64,000 nt of DNA from Hyaloraphidium curvatum SAG 235-1 (lineage: Eukaryota > Fungi > Monoblepharomycota). The stretch is taken from NCBI GenBank assembly GCA_025558095.1, contig JAIVFI010000002.1:930001-994000 (forward strand). Direction: 5' to 3'. The notes beneath the pieces were generated by a model, which did not search any database, had not been told where the DNA came from, and saw nothing but the letters and a program-made list of their open reading frames with translations. A program made the position numbers and the translations under genes. This document shows positions 1 to 15,319 of this stretch, piece by piece (position 1 is the stretch's first letter; every line of letters starts with the position of its first letter).

Positions 1-487
1 GCTGCTCGCAGCCTGTTCTGGACCTCCATGAGCTGGTCCCACATCCAATCACATCCCGCAGCTTCCTGGAAGCTCAGCGCGAGGTCCGTCCCATTGGCAT
101 CAGTCCAGACAATCAGCGTGCCTTCGAAAACGAACGAGTCCATCGAGTACGTTATGGTTAGAAGTGTCATGACGCCACGACGCTGATGAAGAAGTTACCT
201 TGCTGGCGCTGGTAGTTGTCCTCCTTCCGAACCCTGCAGTTCAGAACCATGGCATCGGTGTCCTCAGACTTGACGACGATGTGATTGGACTCTTGCTTCT
301 GCGGTGCCGGCGAGGAAAGCGCCTGCTCAGGCGTCTGCCAGGCGCTGGGCGACCAGTCTCCGCGAACCTCGAAGTAGAAGAGGGCCACGTGGCCCACTCC
401 TTGCTCCTGCCAGTTCCCGTCCGAAGACAGCTCATAGACCTTGACTCTCCTCTCCGGCGTCCTTTGCAGAAACCCGTTGGACGGCAT
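1..487 (-). CDS. PSY2: Protein phosphatase 4 regulatory subunit 3 (PSY2/SMEK), N-terminal EVH1-like part; runs off the window start
   Basis: RRVKVYEL...W.EQGVGHV, KEDNYQRQQ|GTLIVWTD...DLALSFQEAAGC are typical PP4R3 N-terminal motifs; GT-AG introns; ATG at 487. Confidence 0.85.
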
Positions 488-899
488 TGCGCGTGCCAGT
501 CCGAGGTGCGCCTCCGACACTCAGAGGCGAGGGGAAGGAACAGAACACCGGGCGTCGGTCCTCAACATGGAACACTAGCGCTGTGCGGCTCCGCGCGTGC
601 CGATGACGGGCCCACGGGCGTGCGAAGCGCCTGCCCTTGACGGGCTGAAAAGGCCCAGGACGGCCCAGGCCGCCGCGCGGGCGCCTTCAGGCCCCACCAC
701 CAGGCGGCTGTGACCCCTTTAGCCGCTAGAGCCGCACGGATTGGGCGCTAGCGGGCTGGGTTGCGGGGCACGACGAGGTTTTCGGGATGGCGCGAATCGG
801 CCCGCACGGCGGGAGGGGATCGAATGGGCCCAATCCCTCAGCCCTTCACGATTGGAGGGCGGCAGCGACGTGGCACGTCGTACTTCGAGAGATCGCCTA

Positions 900-2087
900 A
901 TGATGGGGTGCCTGATGCGCGCCGTGTTGGCCGCCGCGTTCGTGATCGGCTTGGCGCAGGCAGCTGCCGGACAGAGTGCCAAGAAGGTCCTTCTCCGGGA
1001 CGTCGAAACGCTGACGCTCTACCGCGGCAAATGGACGACCGCCCGCCGAGGCAACCCCGTGAAGCAGATCTCTTGCATCAAAGGAGATGCTTGCGAACTG
1101 TTCGTTCCGGACGTGATCCAATGCAGGAACATGGGATGGGACGGCACCGACGTGACCTGGAAGTGCCACGCCGAGATGGACGAAGCGTTCAGATTCGGCG
1201 AAACGACGGTGTCGTGCGAGGGCTACTCGCGGCCGGACGACCCTTACATCCTGGGGGGCTCCTGCGGCGTCGAATACGCCCTCTACCTCACGCAGAAGGG
1301 AAAGGAGTGGAAGAATCGAAATGCCGGCGGGGGCACCTACGGCGGTCGCGCAGGCGATCAGAAACCGCGGGACTTCTACAACGAGGACGAAGTGGTGGAA
1401 GGTTGGTTGACCATCGGGAGATTCTTGCTCTATTGAGTGACGTCCGCTTTGACAGAGCCCGAGAAGACCTCTTTCCTGGGCAACTTGATCTTCTATGCGA
1501 TGGCAGCTTTCTTCCTCTACACCATACTCGGTGCCTTTTGCTTTCCGCCGCGTGGTCCGCAGGGGGCCGGCGCGGGGAGAGGAGGGTCGGGCGGGGGCGG
1601 TGGACCTGGTCCGGGTGGCGGCTGGGGTCCGGGTGGAGGAGGCGGTTACCCCGGGGGCGGTGGCCCGGGCGGAGCGAACCCTCCGCCTCCTGGTGGGTGC
1701 ATTCCCTGGTGAAGTTGCGCACCGATTTACGGGTCTTTCGCCTCAGGCAAAGGCGACGACCCGCCTCCTTACACCGCGTACCCCTCATCCTCGAGCTATT
1801 CACCAACATCTGCTGCTTCGTCTTCATCGTCTGGCCTGGGGACCGCTGGAACCTTCTTGGCCGGAGCCGCTGCAGGGGGACTCCTAAGCTCGATGTTTGG
1901 CCGGAACCGGGAGCCGCAGCAGCAACAGAGGCAGTCCTCTCGGACGATGTTTGGACACCGGAGCACGTCTCCCTCGGCCCCGCCAGCATCGTCGTTCGGA
2001 TCGTCCTCTTTCGGGTCATCCTCGTCGTCGAGTTTCACCGGGACTTCGCACACGTCGACCGGTTACGGCGGGACTCGCAGGCGGTAG
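900..2087 (+). CDS. SARAF: SARAF/TMEM66 (DUF1183) family membrane protein, spliced
   Basis: Signal peptide; KVLLRDVETLTLYRGKWTTARR, VIQCRNMGWDGTDVTWKC, VSCEGYSRPDDPYILGGSCGVEY; TM segment; C-terminal GYGGTRRR. Confidence 0.9.
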
Positions 2088-2214
2088 ACACAAGGTGTAT
2101 TCTCGATTGCATCTCAAATAAGCTTGCAAAATGATAGCCGATGCCCCGTCCCACATCATCATCCATGCATGAAGCAACATCGCAGGAGGCGCAAGCAGGG
2201 TGCACAGGCAAACT

Positions 2215-3259
2215 CTAGAAGTCGCACGCAAGAAGCAGGAACTTGTCCGAATTGAAAGGCATCGCGCTGGGGTTGACTGCGCGAGCAAATGCGATGAGCA
2301 CGATCCCGCCACGGAACAGAAGGAAAAACTCACTCATTTCGAACCCTATCATGGTGAACGCGCGCACCCAAGCCTTTCGAAGCGCTTCGTCGTCCTGCAG
2401 CCTCTCAACAACCACCACGAGTCTGTCCGCATGCAACCGTTGCTCGACAATCTCCATCAGAGCAGCCACAGATTCCTTCGGCAGAGTCACACAGCCCCTC
2501 GGCACCTTGACGAAAGCGGCGCGCGAGACGACTCGCTTCGAGGCCTTGGACCTCTTTGCGACGACGAAGCCGGGGAAGACGTTGGACGCCGCGTTGGACG
2601 CGTCCGTGCCCCACATGCCCGCTTTGACGCCCTGAAGCAAGTCGCCCGAGCGCGCTCCCTTGTTGATGCCGTCGGCTTCCGAGACCGTGAGAATCTGGAG
2701 CGAGCTCTCCACGAACACGTCCGCCCCCGGGTCCGGCCCGCCGAACACCGTCTCCATCCCACGCGTCGGCCCGCTCCCCGCAAAACACGCAGATGCAGAG
2801 ATCTGCGGCCGCCCAAACACCTCGCGCACCAGCTCCAGATCCGCCCTCACGCCCGCCCCCGCCCCGCCCCCGACCCTCGCCGCCGGTCCCCCTTTCCACC
2901 CTCCAGGCGGTAGTGGGGGTGCGTCCTGCGCCGGAGGGGCGTCAGGAACAACACAGCGACTTGTCAAACAACGTAGTGGAGCGGGTGGGCACGTCCTCGA
3001 TCGGGAGCTGCTGGATCTTGGCCACGGCAAACGTGGAGCTCAGGACCTGCGCACGCGAGCAGATCGGGCACAAGAAGGAAGCAGGGAAGGGGAGTTAAGC
3101 AACGTGCTACGTCCTATGTGCCGAGAGTCGAAGACGCACCTCGAAGACCTGCTGGACGGGCAGGGGCGAGTCCTGGGCCACGGCCGGGCCCCGCTTGACG
3201 ATCGAGTTGACGTGGATACTTGTGGTGGTATTATTCGAAGCCTTCATCGTGGACGCCAT
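2215..3259 (-). CDS. OAZ1: Ornithine decarboxylase antizyme, made by +1 programmed ribosomal frameshift
   Basis: ORF1 (ATG 3259, intron 3047-3139) ends ...LCCS* at TCC-TGA (2947-2942). The +1 frame continues DAPP... into an antizyme domain (KESVAALMEIVEQRLHADRLVVVV...VRAFTMIGFE). Stop at 2215. Confidence 0.92.
2886..2953 (-). promoter_or_regulatory. Antizyme +1 frameshift site (UGU-UGU-UCC-UGA-C) and 3' stimulatory stem-loop/pseudoknot candidate
   Basis: UCC-UGA shift site followed by a CCCUCC-GGCG / CGCC-U-GGAGGG stem; loop CCCCCA could pair with downstream UGG...GGGG. Confidence 0.8.
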
Positions 3260-3675
3260 GTTGCGAGCTTGTAACGGTGACCGGTGCGAAGTTTACAGGG
3301 ACCTGCGCTTGCCCTTGGCGGCGCGACCTATCGAACGGGTCAGCCGACCGGTCAAGGTGCGGGCAAGCACAAGATGCCTACTGCAGGTGCTTGTGGAGCA
3401 CTTGATGGGCGGAGCCACTGTGTCAGCACGGCGGGGCGACAGTGCGAGGGCAGATTACTCGCCGAGAGAGTCAGGACCAACGACTTTGCCAGCTCCGCCT
3501 CTGGTGAGCCCCTGGGGGCAAACTGGGCAATGTCCTAGTCACGCGGCGGTGCGCGGAAGGGGCTCGGAGTGCGCGCGGCGGTGGGGCACGACGATTCGAC
3601 GATGCTGGGGAGCGTTGACCCTTCGATCACGCGCGCGCGGATCGTCGAAGGCGCGGGGTCGAGCGCAACACCGAA

Positions 3676-5255
3676 ATGGACCTGGACGGAATCACGCGGC
3701 TCGCGGCCGGATCGCGCGTGGCGACCCTCCTATTGGGCGAAATTGCGTGTCTGGTTGTCGGCAGGCCGTATGACACGTCGTCGGACCACGCCCTGCTACG
3801 CGCGGAGGCGATCCGCGCCGCCGGGATCGGCGTCCCCGCCGACCAGCAGCGATCCTCCGGAGATGCGCTCCTCGACCTCTTGTTCGGATGCTGGGTGCGA
3901 TGGGATGCCGTTTACTTTCTCGGGATCGCGGAGGATCGGGGATATGCGCTGGAGCAGGCCAATGCTTTCCTGCCGGGGCTGCCGATGGCGATGAACCTCG
4001 TGGGAGCACGTGCGGCCGGAATCGTTGGCAAGGAATGAAGAATGCAATTGATACGGCTTCTTTTGCAGTCATTTCGCCGCTGGCGGGTGGTTGGCTCAGC
4101 CGAAGATCGATCCTCGTGCTGGCGGGCCTGCTCGTGAGCAACACATCTTTCGTGCTCGCCGCGCGGAGTCTGTACCGGTGAGCATGACTTGCCACGATGG
4201 CGGACCGCTGTCTGACACGAGTTAGGCTGACCGCAAAGCTAACGAGCGACTCCAAGTTTGCTGCCCTGTCGGCGTTTCTTTTTTGCTTGACACCTGCGTC
4301 GCCCTTCGTATCCTCACTGTTCGTTTGTTGTCGTCCATCTCTCGGACGCATGCTGACATTGCTTCCGGGTAGCTACGCGGAATCGACTTTCGCACTGGCC
4401 ACTTTTCTGGGGATGGAGGCCTTCGAGTCAGAACAGAACCTGCTTGCAGCCCTTCTATGGGCGGCTGCATCGGCCTTCAGAGCGAACGGCATTCTTCTGG
4501 CCGGATTCTTTGTGTTTCGGGCCCTGCACGGTTCAGGCTCTCTATTGAAGGTTAGCGACTGCATCACCCCTCTTTCCCATCGCGCTTATGGGCTCCCGTG
4601 CAGCGCACCTTCGATGCCACCTTCTGTTCGTGCATCGTCCTTTCGACGTTCCTGTCCACCCAGCTGAAAGCCTTCAATGACTACTGCCGGTCGGGTGAAG
4701 CATCTTCTAGGCCATGGTGTTCTACGAGAATCCCCTCGATCTACACCTTTGTCCAAGCACACTACTGGTATGCAGCCCCCTCCCGCTGCTCTTTCTCATT
4801 GCTCAGACTCAGCTTCCGCCAGGGACAACGGGTTTCTCAAGTATTTCCGGCTTTCCAACGTTCCCCTGTTTGCAGTTGCTGCCCCGACCCTGGCCGCTTG
4901 TGCCTACGGTGTGGTTAGCTTCGCCGGAGCGGACCCTCTGCGCTTCATGTCGATAGGTTTCCGCTCCCGACTGGCGGGATCGGGCGCGGGCAAGGCTCCG
5001 TTCCACGTCGACGCCTTGCTGCCTTACGTCTACCTGGGCGGCCTCCTTGCGGTCTACACCGCTCTGATGGCCCACGTCCAGATAGCCGTCAGGCTTTTCA
5101 CGTCGATGCCGCTCCTGTACTGGGCGCAGGCCCACCTGATGCTTGGTGCGGACGGCGATCGGCGGCGAAACTGGGTCCGGCGGGCGGCAGCGCTCAGCAC
5201 GCTGCATGCTGCCGTCGGCATAGTGCTGTTTGCTCTGTTTTATCCTCCTGCATAG
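3676..5255 (+). CDS. GPI18: GPI mannosyltransferase 2 (PIG-V/GPI18), multi-exon
   Basis: YDTS, VRWDAVYFLGIAE.RGY.LEQ..AFLPG, YAESTFA, FRANGIL, PWC..RIPSIYTFVQAHYW|DNGFLKYF, HVQIAVRL, C-terminal FYPPA. Confidence 0.92.
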
Positions 5256-5375
5256 AGCTGCCGCGCCGGGAAAACGATTGGCTTCCTCGAGAGGCCAAAG
5301 TGGCTGAGCAAGCTCAAAAGCATGATGGTCGCCGCTTTTCCTTCTAGCACAAACTCAACACTTCACAAACACTCG

Positions 5376-7992
<2,617 letters not shown>

Positions 7993-8712
7993 GCGCCCCG
8001 CGCGGGGGCCGCGGCGGCGGCATGCAGCACCGTCGCCGGGGTGCAAGGGCTGGGGAGCTGCGCAAGGGACGATCGGCAACAAGGTTTCGGCATTTTTGCG
8101 GGCTTGCATGCGTTTGGAGTGCAAGAACCGCGACACCGCAGCTATCCGAGGATTGGCTGCACTGAACTTTCATCATCATCTTAGAACTTAGAGGCATGAA
8201 GATTGGGCTGGCGAGCTTTGAGGAGGATGCGTCCTCCTTTGTGAGCCCGGGACTGGACGCCGAAAAAGCTAGAGTCTGATTCCTGGGCACGGCGCTCGTT
8301 GGCCAAGCGACGGGGGAAAGCAGTGCGCACCCTTGCGGCTTGTGGTATACCCTCGTCTTTATCGATCTTCATGCTGTAGCGAACAATGTAGTAGTTGAAA
8401 AAGACTGCCGACGTCGAAACACTTCTGCAACTTGGGCGAAAGTCCACGTTCGGCACCCCTCCGGTCCGTCATGCAAGAATGAGAGTAAGCGCGCCCCAAA
8501 GCACGGTCTATTCAGCAGTCAGTCGAAACCGATGTGTACAAGCTCTGATTAGGTATCCAGTTTGATGCGAAAACGGGCAGGGTGTGAAATGGTGCAGGCA
8601 AGTCCAGATCCAACAGATCCACGGCCGCCAGGCGGGCCGATGAAGCAGGCGATCGAATAAGCTCTAAGAACAGCATTCAGACGGTGTGCGACGCGGTCCG
8701 GCCGGCGTGCAT

Positions 8713-9244
8713 TCAGTCTACGGACACGGGGGGGAGCGGTGAGAAGGCCGGCGGGCACCAAAAGAACGGGCAAAACGTACAGGAGTACGAGACGTCGCTC
8801 CAGACCGAGTAGGCCTCGGCCTTGTCCTCCTTCTTGGCCTCCTCGGACGCCGCGAGCCGCGAGCGCTCCAGGCACTCGGAGAGGTCCTTCTCGGACAGCG
8901 CGGCGGCGTGCGTGCCCACCCAGGCCGGCGCCGATGCCTGCGAGGCGTGCATTGCTGCCGCGAGCCTGTCTGCAGCGGGGTCCTCGGCCGGCTGCGCGAC
9001 GTTCGTCTGTTGGGCCGGGGGCAAGCCGGGGGTCAGCCTGGTCCAGGGCAGGTTTGGGCGCGCACCCACGGCGAGGGTCTGCGCGCGCGCGGCGGGGACG
9101 CGGAGGGCGGCGAGCGCGGGGGCCGTACCGGCGCGGAGGGAGCGCGCGGCGAGGAGCGAAGCGGAGATCCTGGGTGGCGGGCGGGACGGCAGGCCAAGGC
9201 GGCGTGAGCGTCGGAGGGGAGTGCGGCGGCCGCGCGACGCACAT
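8713..9244 (-). CDS. Small uncharacterised protein (~110 aa) with a probable mitochondrial presequence
   Basis: Spliced model AT|gtgcgt...cag|G ATC gives MISASLLAARSLRAGTAPALAALRVPAARAQTLA (Arg/Ala/Leu-rich, no acidic residues), then TNVAQPAEDP...YSVWSDVSYSY*. Confidence 0.55.
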
Positions 9245-9429
9245 GGCTGCGAGGCGCGCGGGCTCTCTGTTCGGAATCGCACGCGGCGGGGGCCGATGAG
9301 GGGGCAGAGGGGATGTGGGTCGGATATCAGCTGGAGCTGATCTTGCGGGCAACCCGGGGGCGCGCTGCACGGGCGGCAAAGTCAAGCGAGGCCATACTAA
9401 TCCGTCCCAACTGGTCACGGCGCAAGCAA

Positions 9430-9538
9430 ATGCATCCAAACTTCCAAGCGACCACCGTGTGACGGTCGAGACCTCAGGGCGTATACCAAAGATGACAATC
9501 GAGACTTCAAAGCGTACACCGAAGATGACAATCGTTAC
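9430..9538. repeat. Degenerate 33-bp tandem repeat (~3 copies), intergenic
   Basis: GTGACGGTCGAGACCTCAGGGCGTATACCAAAG (9459-9491), ATGACAATCGAGACTTCAAAGCGTACACCGAAG (9492-9524), ATGACAATCG (9525-). Confidence 0.75.
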
Positions 9539-9577
9539 AGCAGCGCACGTCCGTTGTGCGATCGCGGCGCATCCAGC

Positions 9578-12511
<2,934 letters not shown>

Positions 12512-12944
12512 TCAATGAGCGGACCTGAACGCCGATTCGGCAATCGGGCGGCGCTCTGGGCCGTCCGGATGCATTTCCGGGGGCCACGGGTGCGCCTCCT
12601 CCGAGACGCTGACCGTGCGGATCGGTGCGGATTTCGGATCGCCGCGGTTGTGCATGCCTTGGGCCAATGCCGCGGCCAGCAATACAATGCTAAGGGTATA
12701 AAAGAACCACTGGGAGGGATCGGTAGCGGCCGCGGTCCTCCCGGGGGAGCGGCGGGCTCCCAAAGTTCCGGGTGAGGCGGCGTGCCACATGCCACAAGCC
12801 GGTCCGCTTCCATGACAGCGGTCCGCCGTCCCGCACCGCGAACCGCATGCCAAAATGGCGTGGGACGCCGGATACCCCGACCCGCGCCGCGCGTTGTGGC
12901 GTCCCGGGCGGCTCCTTCGCGAGGCTTTTCTTTCACGCGGCGCC

Positions 12945-13599
12945 TCAGCTCCCGATCCTCTGCCACCCCTGCTGCTGCCTCCGGGTCTGGTTGGAACAAG
13001 TCGATGAGCTGCAATGCGGTTCGCAGGCGCCGCTTGAGCCCACCTTGATGGCCTCGAGGCCCTGCCGCGCGCCGGCCCACGCCAGCAGCCCGCAGCACAG
13101 CAGGATGAAGGACCACACGACCACCTCGTCCTTGTACGATCCCCTTTCTGCCACCCCGCATACTATTATCAGCTTCCTGTCCCATGTGCACGGCAGGGGA
13201 GCGACCCACGGAAGCACGTCACCCCCCATCCCTCCATGTCCGCCGGCAGCTTCACTGTCCCGTTCGCGTCGGGCGGGGGGAGCCAGCACGCGCCCTGCTC
13301 GACGCAGAAGGCCTTGGTGCAGGCGGAGCAAAGGGGCACGGTGAGGGTCGTGATCTGTGGGTGGGTGGGTGGGAGGGGCGCGTCAGAGGGTGGGGGGATT
13401 GGGGCGGGGGCGGGGGGGCGGCGCACGTTCTTCTCGCAGGTGCATTTGCAGAAGAGGGTGAGGTTGGCGGCGTTCGCGGACTGCGGGTGGAGTGCGGGGC
13501 GCGGGGTGAGTGGGCCGAGTGAGACGGGCAGCGCGGGCGCACGTCGAGGTTCGCGAGCAGCGCGAGGCCCGAGAGGATTGCGGAGAGCGCGTCGGGCAT
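12945..13599 (-). CDS. Small Cys-rich single-pass membrane protein (uncharacterised fungal type), multi-exon
   Basis: Signal-like start MPDALSAILSGLALLA, FCKCTC, CSACTKAFC, VTCF...RGSYKDEVVVWSFILLCCGLLAWAG (TM). Confidence 0.7.
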
Positions 13600-13749
13600 T
13601 ATGGAAAGGGGAGCAAGGGTCTAGCAGCGGTGGTAGTGTGTTGTCGCGTAGGCTGCTGCTTGAAGCTTTCTCAGAAACGGAAGCGGAGTCCAGTCGTCGC
13701 AAGCTCGGAGTGCGGAGCTATATAGGGAGCACCGCAGGCGACCCTTAAG

Positions 13750-14685
13750 ATGGAGGACCCGTTCTATGCGGTGCGCGACGACCTCTCCGCGGCTTTGGCG
13801 GGCGCGCGCTCGCAGCTTGCGCGGTGGCGGGGGCTCGCGCGGACTGCGGGGAAGGACGCGGCGCGCGCGGCGGCCGAGCTGCGGGCGGCGCTGGCCGACA
13901 TCGACGCCGACGTGGCCGAGCTCGAGCAGGCCGTGGCGGTGGCCGCGCGGGACCCGGCGCGCTTCCGGCTGGCCGCGGCGGAGGTCGCCGGGCGGAGGGA
14001 GTTTGTCGCCGCCGCGCGCAAGGAGGCCGCCGCGCTGAGGGCCGCGCTGGCCGACGAGGAGGGCGCCGCGCAGGCTGCGCAGCGGGACATGCTGCTGGCC
14101 GGCGGCGCAAAGGGCGGCCAGGGGGCGGCAGGGGGGAGCTCCGACCGGACTGCGCGGCCCCCGCGGGCACCAAACGGGACACCGCTGCCCGCCGACGGCA
14201 GATCGCCGGCATCTCTTCCTTCCTCGGGTTCCCCCGCACCGGCGGGCTCCCCCCCTGGCCCCTCCGTGGGCGCCCCACCCCCCCGGACAAAGCCCGCCGG
14301 CGCACCCCGCCCGGGCACGCCCAGCGGCCAGGCCGGCCGCTCCTCGACCCCCGACACGGGGGACCGCCCGCGCGACCGCTTCGCCGAGAACGAGCAGATG
14401 CAGCAGCAGGTCATCATGCGCGAGCAGGACCGCGAGCTGGACCAGGTCGCGCACACGGTGCGCAACCTGCGCGAGATCGCAGTGACCATCGGCGACGAGG
14501 TCGAGGACCAGAAGGTGCTGCTGGACGACGTCGACGAGCGCGTCGACAGGACGCAGGGGAGGATGCAGCTCGCGCAGAAGCGCATGAACGCCGTGCTGGC
14601 CGAGCTGCGCAAGGGCGGGACCTGCACCATCGTGTGCCTCATCACCGTGCTGCTGATCCTGCTGGTCGTCGTGATCGTCATCTAG
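13750..14685 (+). CDS. TLG1: Qc-SNARE syntaxin-6/10 (Tlg1)
   Basis: N-terminal MEDPFYAVRDDL; SNARE motif QQQVIMREQDRELDQV...IGDEVEDQKVLLDD; C-terminal TM. Confidence 0.92.
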   Translation: MEDPFYAVRDDLSAALAGARSQLARWRGLARTAGKDAARAAAELRAALADIDADVAELEQAVAVAARDPARFRLAAAEVAGRREFVAAARKEAAALRAALADEEGAAQAAQRDMLLAGGAKGGQGAAGGSSDRTARPPRAPNGTPLPADGRSPASLPSSGSPAPAGSPPGPSVGAPPPRTKPAGAPRPGTPSGQAGRSSTPDTGDRPRDRFAENEQMQQQVIMREQDRELDQVAHTVRNLREIAVTIGDEVEDQKVLLDDVDERVDRTQGRMQLAQKRMNAVLAELRKGGTCTIVCLITVLLILLVVVIVI

Positions 14686-15319
14686 GCGTGTACTCCTCGC
14701 GGTGAAACGGAGGGGTCTCACCCCGTTGCTGCGTGTTGCTGAGCATGTGAAGCAGCATCCCTTTTCTCTTCTACAAACGCGCTCCTAGGGAGAACGCACA
14801 GTCGTTGATGAAGCGGACTAGGACATTGCAGTTTGTAGTCGAGATGCAGGCCGGCGATGCAAGGGTGGATGGGAGCCGTCTCGCTCGGTAAAGGACTTAC
14901 TACTCTAGGCCTGAGGTGCCAAGCGCGGCGGTTCGGACACACGGGAGCTGTCTCTGCGTTATTCAGACGTGCGTATCGACTGCCGGTGTGTTTTCCACGG
15001 TTGCGCCGGGGCGTTGGCTTCGGCGCCGAGCCGGGGTCGCGGGATTGCCGGGTCCGCTTTCCGGCCCCGTCGACACCCCGGCGGCACACCAACGGCGCCT
15101 TGGGAGCTCTCCTTCGTTGGTGGGCCTTGGTGGACGCGTGATGGCCGGTAGTTGCGTCCGGCGCGGCGTCACCGGCGGTGCTCCGGCCCCGGCCCGAGCT
15201 CCGGCGTTTAGATCGGCTTCGAGCGCGCTCACACGCTCCGCCCCCCGCAGGTTCTCTCGCGAGCGGCAGCAGCTTTCTTGTCAAGTACTCGTACCGCCCC
15301 CCTCGAGCTCGCCGGCAAG

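Noticed and set aside
9430-9538. 33-bp repeats as a CRISPR array
   Set aside because: The units are contiguous and degenerate with no spacers, and the context is eukaryotic.
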